DNA from: Gemmatimonadaceae bacterium
GTDB lineage: Bacteria; Gemmatimonadota; Gemmatimonadetes; Gemmatimonadales; Gemmatimonadaceae
Reading direction: 5' to 3'
Length of the DNA: 61,740 nt
Assembly (NCBI GenBank): GCA_044224875.1
Contig: JBGAJQ010000024.1
Span: forward strand, 1-61,740
Position numbers and translations under genes: made by a program
Shown here: positions 57,447-61,740 of the stretch, one piece after another
How the letters are laid out: every line of letters starts with the position of its first letter
How positions within the stretch are numbered: position 1 is the first letter of the stretch
Notes under the pieces: model-generated
Databases searched by the model: none
What the model was told of the DNA's origin: nothing
What the model saw: only the letters and a program-made list of their open reading frames with translations

Positions 57447-58004
57447 TCAGCGTCCTTCAAAGACCTTCTCCAACTCGATCGACAGGGGCGCTCTCCCAGG
57501 ATCCGGCTGCCATTCAAGCTTGTCCGTCAGCACCTCCGGCTCACGATCCGTCGGGCGCCAGCGCTCCACCAACCGCGCATCTGGATCCACGATCCAGTAC
57601 TCCGGCACGCGCTCTTGCTGGTAGACCGGTCGCTTCTTGTACCGATCATTGCGGCTGGTGGATGGCGAGAGCACTTCCACGGCCAGGAGCAGCCGACTGA
57701 CCTCCTGAAAGCGCTCAACTGGCATGCCATCGTCGCGGAGCGGCACGACGAGCAGATCTGGTTGCAGCTCGCGATGCTCGGAGAAGGTGATGGCGGCGGG
57801 TGCAAAGAAGGTTTCGTAGCCGCTGAGCGTCTGCACGTAGCGACGCACCAGTTCATACAGCCGCGCCAGAACGCGTTGGTGGTGTGGCGACGGTGACGGG
57901 CTCACGAGCAGTTCGCCGTCGATGAGTTCGTAGCGGTTCCCGTCGTCCGGGAGGGCGTGGAGCATTTCCAGCGTCCACTCAGTGTGCGGCTGCGGCATGG
58001 CCAT
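57447..58004 (-). CDS. Uma2 (DUF820) family endonuclease
   Basis: LPDDGNRYELIDGELLVSPSP..HQ, QPDL, LAVEVLSPST..DR..K..Y, VPEYWIVD. Confidence 0.9.
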   Translation of the reverse strand: MAMPQPHTEWTLEMLHALPDDGNRYELIDGELLVSPSPSPHHQRVLARLYELVRRYVQTLSGYETFFAPAAITFSEHRELQPDLLVVPLRDDGMPVERFQEVSRLLLAVEVLSPSTSRNDRYKKRPVYQQERVPEYWIVDPDARLVERWRPTDREPEVLTDKLEWQPDPGRAPLSIELEKVFEGR

Positions 58005-58198
58005 AGGGTACGCTCGGCGAGACGTGTGGAGCAAGCGAACATACGCCGAGGGTAGTGCGAGCATCATCCGAGCGCTGCATCGAATTGTCGCCGCTTGGAT
58101 CGTTTCGACGCCGTCCAGGGGCGCGAGGTCGAGCGCGTGCGCGCGCATTCAGCTGCAGGTGGATCCCCGATGCTCGCGTGCGGGTTCATCCCCTTGCG

Positions 58199-58210
58199 CC
58201 CCCCCCCCCC
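58199..58210. repeat. C12 homopolymer in the divergent intergenic region
   Basis: Read directly. It lies about 90 nt upstream of the S8 protease ATG. Confidence 0.85.
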
Positions 58211-58299
58211 ACGTCGCGGTAGGTTCGCTCAAGCGCCTCGCACCTACCGAACGGTTCGTCTTGGTGGCGAGGTTTCACGGGGGGAGGCTTGGGCGTCAT

Positions 58300-61019
58300 A
58301 TGACAGGGGCTTCGCTACAGACTCAGGCGTTGCGGGGGCGACACATGATCACACTGCTGGGGTTGACGGGCACGCTGTGTTTGAGCTGTATGGACCAAGG
58401 TCCGGTCCAACCGCGGGGCCGGCCCGTCGACGTGCAGGTGGAGCAGGCCATCCCCGACGGGTGCGCCCGCTTCCAGATCCACGCCAATCCGGGCCAGACC
58501 GTCACGATCGATTCGATCTACGGCACGCAGTATTGCCAGACCGACGAGTTGAAGCTGATCCAGGACTCGGCGGCCGTGTTTGATGCGGCCACGGGGAAGC
58601 TCCGGGTGCCGATCGTGGTGAAGAACGTGGGGACGCGGGCGGTGCGCGGGCTGCTCAAGCTCCGGTATGATGCCGACTCGGTGCAGCTGTTCGACACGAA
58701 CGGGAATCCGGTGGCGGGCCCGACGACGATCGTGGGGCTGGGCGACTCCACGCTGAACAATGGGCGGGTGGCGTATTGGGCATACAACCAGCTGTTGGCG
58801 CCGGCGGGGCAGTTCCAGGTGTTGTTCTCGGGCCAGACGTCGGGACGACGATGGTTGGAGCTGCAGGGGACGGATTGGAACCGGACAGTGAAGATCAAGC
58901 TGTTTACGACGGCAAGGTATGACGTGGTACCCCCTGTTGCACCTGACACCATTCCGTCTTGGTTTGAAGACGACTCAAATTTTGTTTCTCATCCTGCGTT
59001 GGCTTCTCTTCCGTTTCGCCGCGACGCGGTAATTGTGTACTTCAACCCAAACACCTCGCCGACTGAGAGAGCTTCCGCCATTGCGCTGGTCGGCGGAGCC
59101 GTCGTAGGCGGCCAACGAGTCCTTGGGGACGGAGCCTACTTCGTACTTCTGCCTCCTGATTCAACGAATCAGCGCCCCTTCACGGCTAGCGACGCATTGA
59201 ACGCACTTCCGGCGGTCGCGGCGGCCATCGTACAGATTCGATTCGAGGGCCCGGGTGCGTGGCAGAAGCCCATCGACGGATTGGCGTGGCAGAGAACCGA
59301 CTACCACGTCTATGCCGAGAGTGCGTACGTCCCGCACCCATACCGAAGCACGTGGGCGTTGGACGCCATTCGAGCACCACTGGCGTGGGGTTGCAGCACG
59401 GGGGATTCTCTCACGAGAGTAGCCGTGGTCGATCAGGGATTTCACTACGCGCTCATGCCAGACCGGTGCTTGCTGCAAGAGGAAACGACTCCAGCCAAAT
59501 GGCTGGAGTGGTTTGGCGCGCGCACTTGGACCTCCGTGAGTCCTCGCAGTTTGTGAACGGTGCGCCAAAGTATGTTCACGGCAAACCAGCCGCCCTGAAT
59601 ACAGACGTGCTGCGGATGATCGAGCTCGCCGCTGCTAACAACGCTCGCGTGATCAACCTCTCCCTCGGGAGAGACACGGCGGCTAGCGGTATTGCCCCCG
59701 CGAGTCTCCAGTCACGGTATGACCAGTTCAGTATTGCTGTGAGGGCCGTGCTGCGGCAGGCCGCTCCGGCTCATGACCCGCTCTTTGTTGTCGCTGCGGG
59801 AAACAACATAGGAGCCGATCCGGTCTTCTCCTATTTTCCTGTTCTGCGAGACTCCCTTCCAGCCACGACACTTGTTGTTACGGCAAGCTCGCGCGATTCC
59901 GGCATAGCCGTCTTTAGTCCTCCCGGAGGTTCGCGAGTTCGTCCGGATGTTGCAGCTCCCGGGAAAGACGTTCCGACGTATACGCAGTCAGGCGGTGCCT
60001 CGCTTACAGGAACGTCTTTCGCCGCCCCGCTTGTGTCCGGAATCGCCGCTTTGTTGTTCTCCTTCGACTCATCGCTGAGTGCGTCGGAAGTCCGAGACGC
60101 TATTGTCCAAGCCGCCACAAACCGAGGCAGACGAGCTGGATTGTATCCGGTTGTTGACGCGTACGAGGCCCTTCGGATCGTCGCTCAACGGCCTGGGGCG
60201 CCCGTCTGCGGCAACCGCGTCTTCATCAAGAACGGGTCCCAGTTGACTGTGGAGCGGCGTCTGGACGACCCGACCTCGGACGATGTGATCGGGACATGGA
60301 GCACCGGCTGGCCCGTTATGTACGTCGAACATGGCGGGAAGAGCATCTCGAACGGCTTCATGACTGGATCGAATGTCCACTTCGTCTTTAACGGCACCTC
60401 GTGGGTACAACAGGTCGGCTCCGGAGATGAGAGCAAGAGCCCGTTCTTGTCTGCTCTAGGCGGCATTTCGCATGACCGGGACACCGCCCTGTTCTTCGTC
60501 CCTGTGCCGGTCAGCAACCGCACGCATATCAAGTACTACCTGACGGACTCCCTCGGCAATGCGCTCAACTCGACATCAGTGACCGTGCCACTCGGAGCCA
60601 TGAACGGCGCGCATATGCAGACGTACGACCTCTCGCGTCCACGCGCGTTCTTTGCGCCGCTCGCGGATCCCGCGAAACCGATCTTCGAGTTGGACATGGC
60701 CGGCGGAACGTACAGCACCTTGCCCCTCAACTACTCCCTGACAAAGGTCGACTGGCTCGGAATTGCCGAGGATGGATCCGAACTTCGCATCCTCGATCGT
60801 GACACTCAGAGTGGCGTCTGCAACATCGACTTCGTATCGCTGCGACAGGCTGACAGGGGTGTTCGACGTCGTCGCATCCAAGGTGGAATAGCAGCAAATG
60901 GGTCCTGCGCAGTGGACGGGACATTCGCACCACGTGTGGTAACACCACACACGACGATCGGCAGCGGCGCGGCATCCGGGACGACGGGCGCCGCACACGG
61001 CCCCTGGAAAACTCCGTAG
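58300..61019 (+). CDS. S8 (subtilisin-like) protease with lipoprotein-like N-terminal extension, broken near 59465 (frameshift; catalytic His segment absent)
   Basis: The first ORF has WALDAIRAPLAW and VAVVDQG (Asp). The second ORF has VINLSLG, VAAGN, DVAAPG and GTSFAAPLVSG (Ser). No HGT motif lies between them. Confidence 0.8.
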
Positions 61020-61244
61020 TCACCCCACCGGTGTCCGTGGGAGTTGTCTGGTTGGATTTTGCCTTGGAATGACCGGTGACGTTTCTCGGGTCAGGACGTC
61101 GGTCGTGCGCCACACACCGTCGGTGGAGTGGTGATACCCGCATTGGCGTGGTCGCGGGCTGAAAGACGAGGGCGGCTCCAGTTAGAGCCGCCCTTGCCAC
61201 ATTCCTTGTGCCTGTTCCACGACCTCGACCGCACGGTCGAGGCG

Positions 61245-61661
61245 TCACGGCGTTTCGAAGCCCTCGCGCCGAGCCGCGTCCTGCAGTCGTTCGTCGAAGG
61301 TGACGAACGCTCCGGTCGCGGGCGTTCCCGCCCATTCGAGGGCTGCCGCCAGCTGCAATGCGTCGGCGGCTCGAAGGGGATGCAGACGAATGAGGCGGAG
61401 GGCGTGCTCGCGCACCACGTCACCGGGTTGCACCTCGTACCAGCTCGCGCGAAGGGCGTCAAGCAACGCCCGAGCATCCCGCTCGCCTGCTGCCTCCAGG
61501 TGCCCGTCGCGATGTAGTCGGGCAATCGCTGATCCGCACTCGCTCGTGGTGCCCCACCAGACCACGATTTCTGGGTCATCCTGCAGCAGTTGCCGACAAT
61601 GCGCGGTGCGAGGCTGGTTGAGTAGCACCGGTACGACGGCCGAAGAGTCCCAGAACTTCAC
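61245..61661 (-). CDS. vapC: PIN-domain (VapC-like) toxin
   Basis: MKFWDSSAVVP, ECGSAIARL, LRAADALQLAAA, FVTFDERL..AARREGF. Confidence 0.9.
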   Translation of the reverse strand: MKFWDSSAVVPVLLNQPRTAHCRQLLQDDPEIVVWWGTTSECGSAIARLHRDGHLEAAGERDARALLDALRASWYEVQPGDVVREHALRLIRLHPLRAADALQLAAALEWAGTPATGAFVTFDERLQDAARREGFETP

Positions 61662-61740
61662 CAGCCCGACTCGCGCTCGGAGAGCAGGACTTGAAGCGAA
61701 CGGCCCTTGGGATCGCCGGGTCGCTTGCGTTTCCAGAAAT
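61658..61740 (-). CDS. Antitoxin C-terminus (partial)
   Basis: FWKRKRPGDPKGRSLQVLLSERESGW*, with a GTGA overlap into the PIN gene. Confidence 0.7.
   Translation of the reverse strand, partial: FWKRKRPGDPKGRSLQVLLSERESGW

Noticed and set aside
56579..57700. Long antisense or overlapping ORFs (e.g. 56579..57700 +, 52033..53322 -, 48346..49563 -, 26900..28045 +)
   Set aside because: These are shadow ORFs of well-supported genes in high-GC DNA, with no motifs.

Overview
GC-rich bacterial window. The gene repertoire suggests Gemmatimonadota (inference): a SARP/BTAD-AAA-membrane-propeller regulator, carboxypeptidase-regulatory-domain TonB receptors, a DUF5916-type protein and a caa3 oxidase operon. 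From left to right it holds: a partial secreted HAF-repeat-like lipoprotein and a divergent transmembrane SARP/STAND regulator; an RHH-PIN toxin-antitoxin pair; a TonB receptor/ECF sigma/ZAS anti-sigma cluster and a second TonB receptor; exported hydrolases (GGT-like, glycosylasparaginase, proline iminopeptidase family); a DUF5916 protein; a split di-heme cytochrome c; a 1.6-kb phase-locked 21-bp degenerate repeat array; a 15-kb RHS polymorphic-toxin locus with four toxin/immunity pairs; a Rieske-flavodoxin fusion; an S9 peptidase; an egtB-egtD-egtA ergothioneine cluster with an ABC transporter; a caa3 cytochrome c oxidase operon; two more PIN toxin-antitoxin pairs; a Uma2 gene; and a split S8 protease. 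The best candidate for a new system is the RHS locus. Its lead gene has a lipoprotein-type signal peptide encoded across a (CT)15 microsatellite (a likely ON/OFF phase switch) and six Cys-paired Ig-like repeats, and all four unrelated toxin tips share a paired-cysteine layout. A second strong signal is the octamer CGTTAGGC/GCCTAACG, present at least 22 times and often forcing rare TTA codons into conserved genes. Several genes carry indels that look like long-read errors, so frameshift-based claims need read-level checking.
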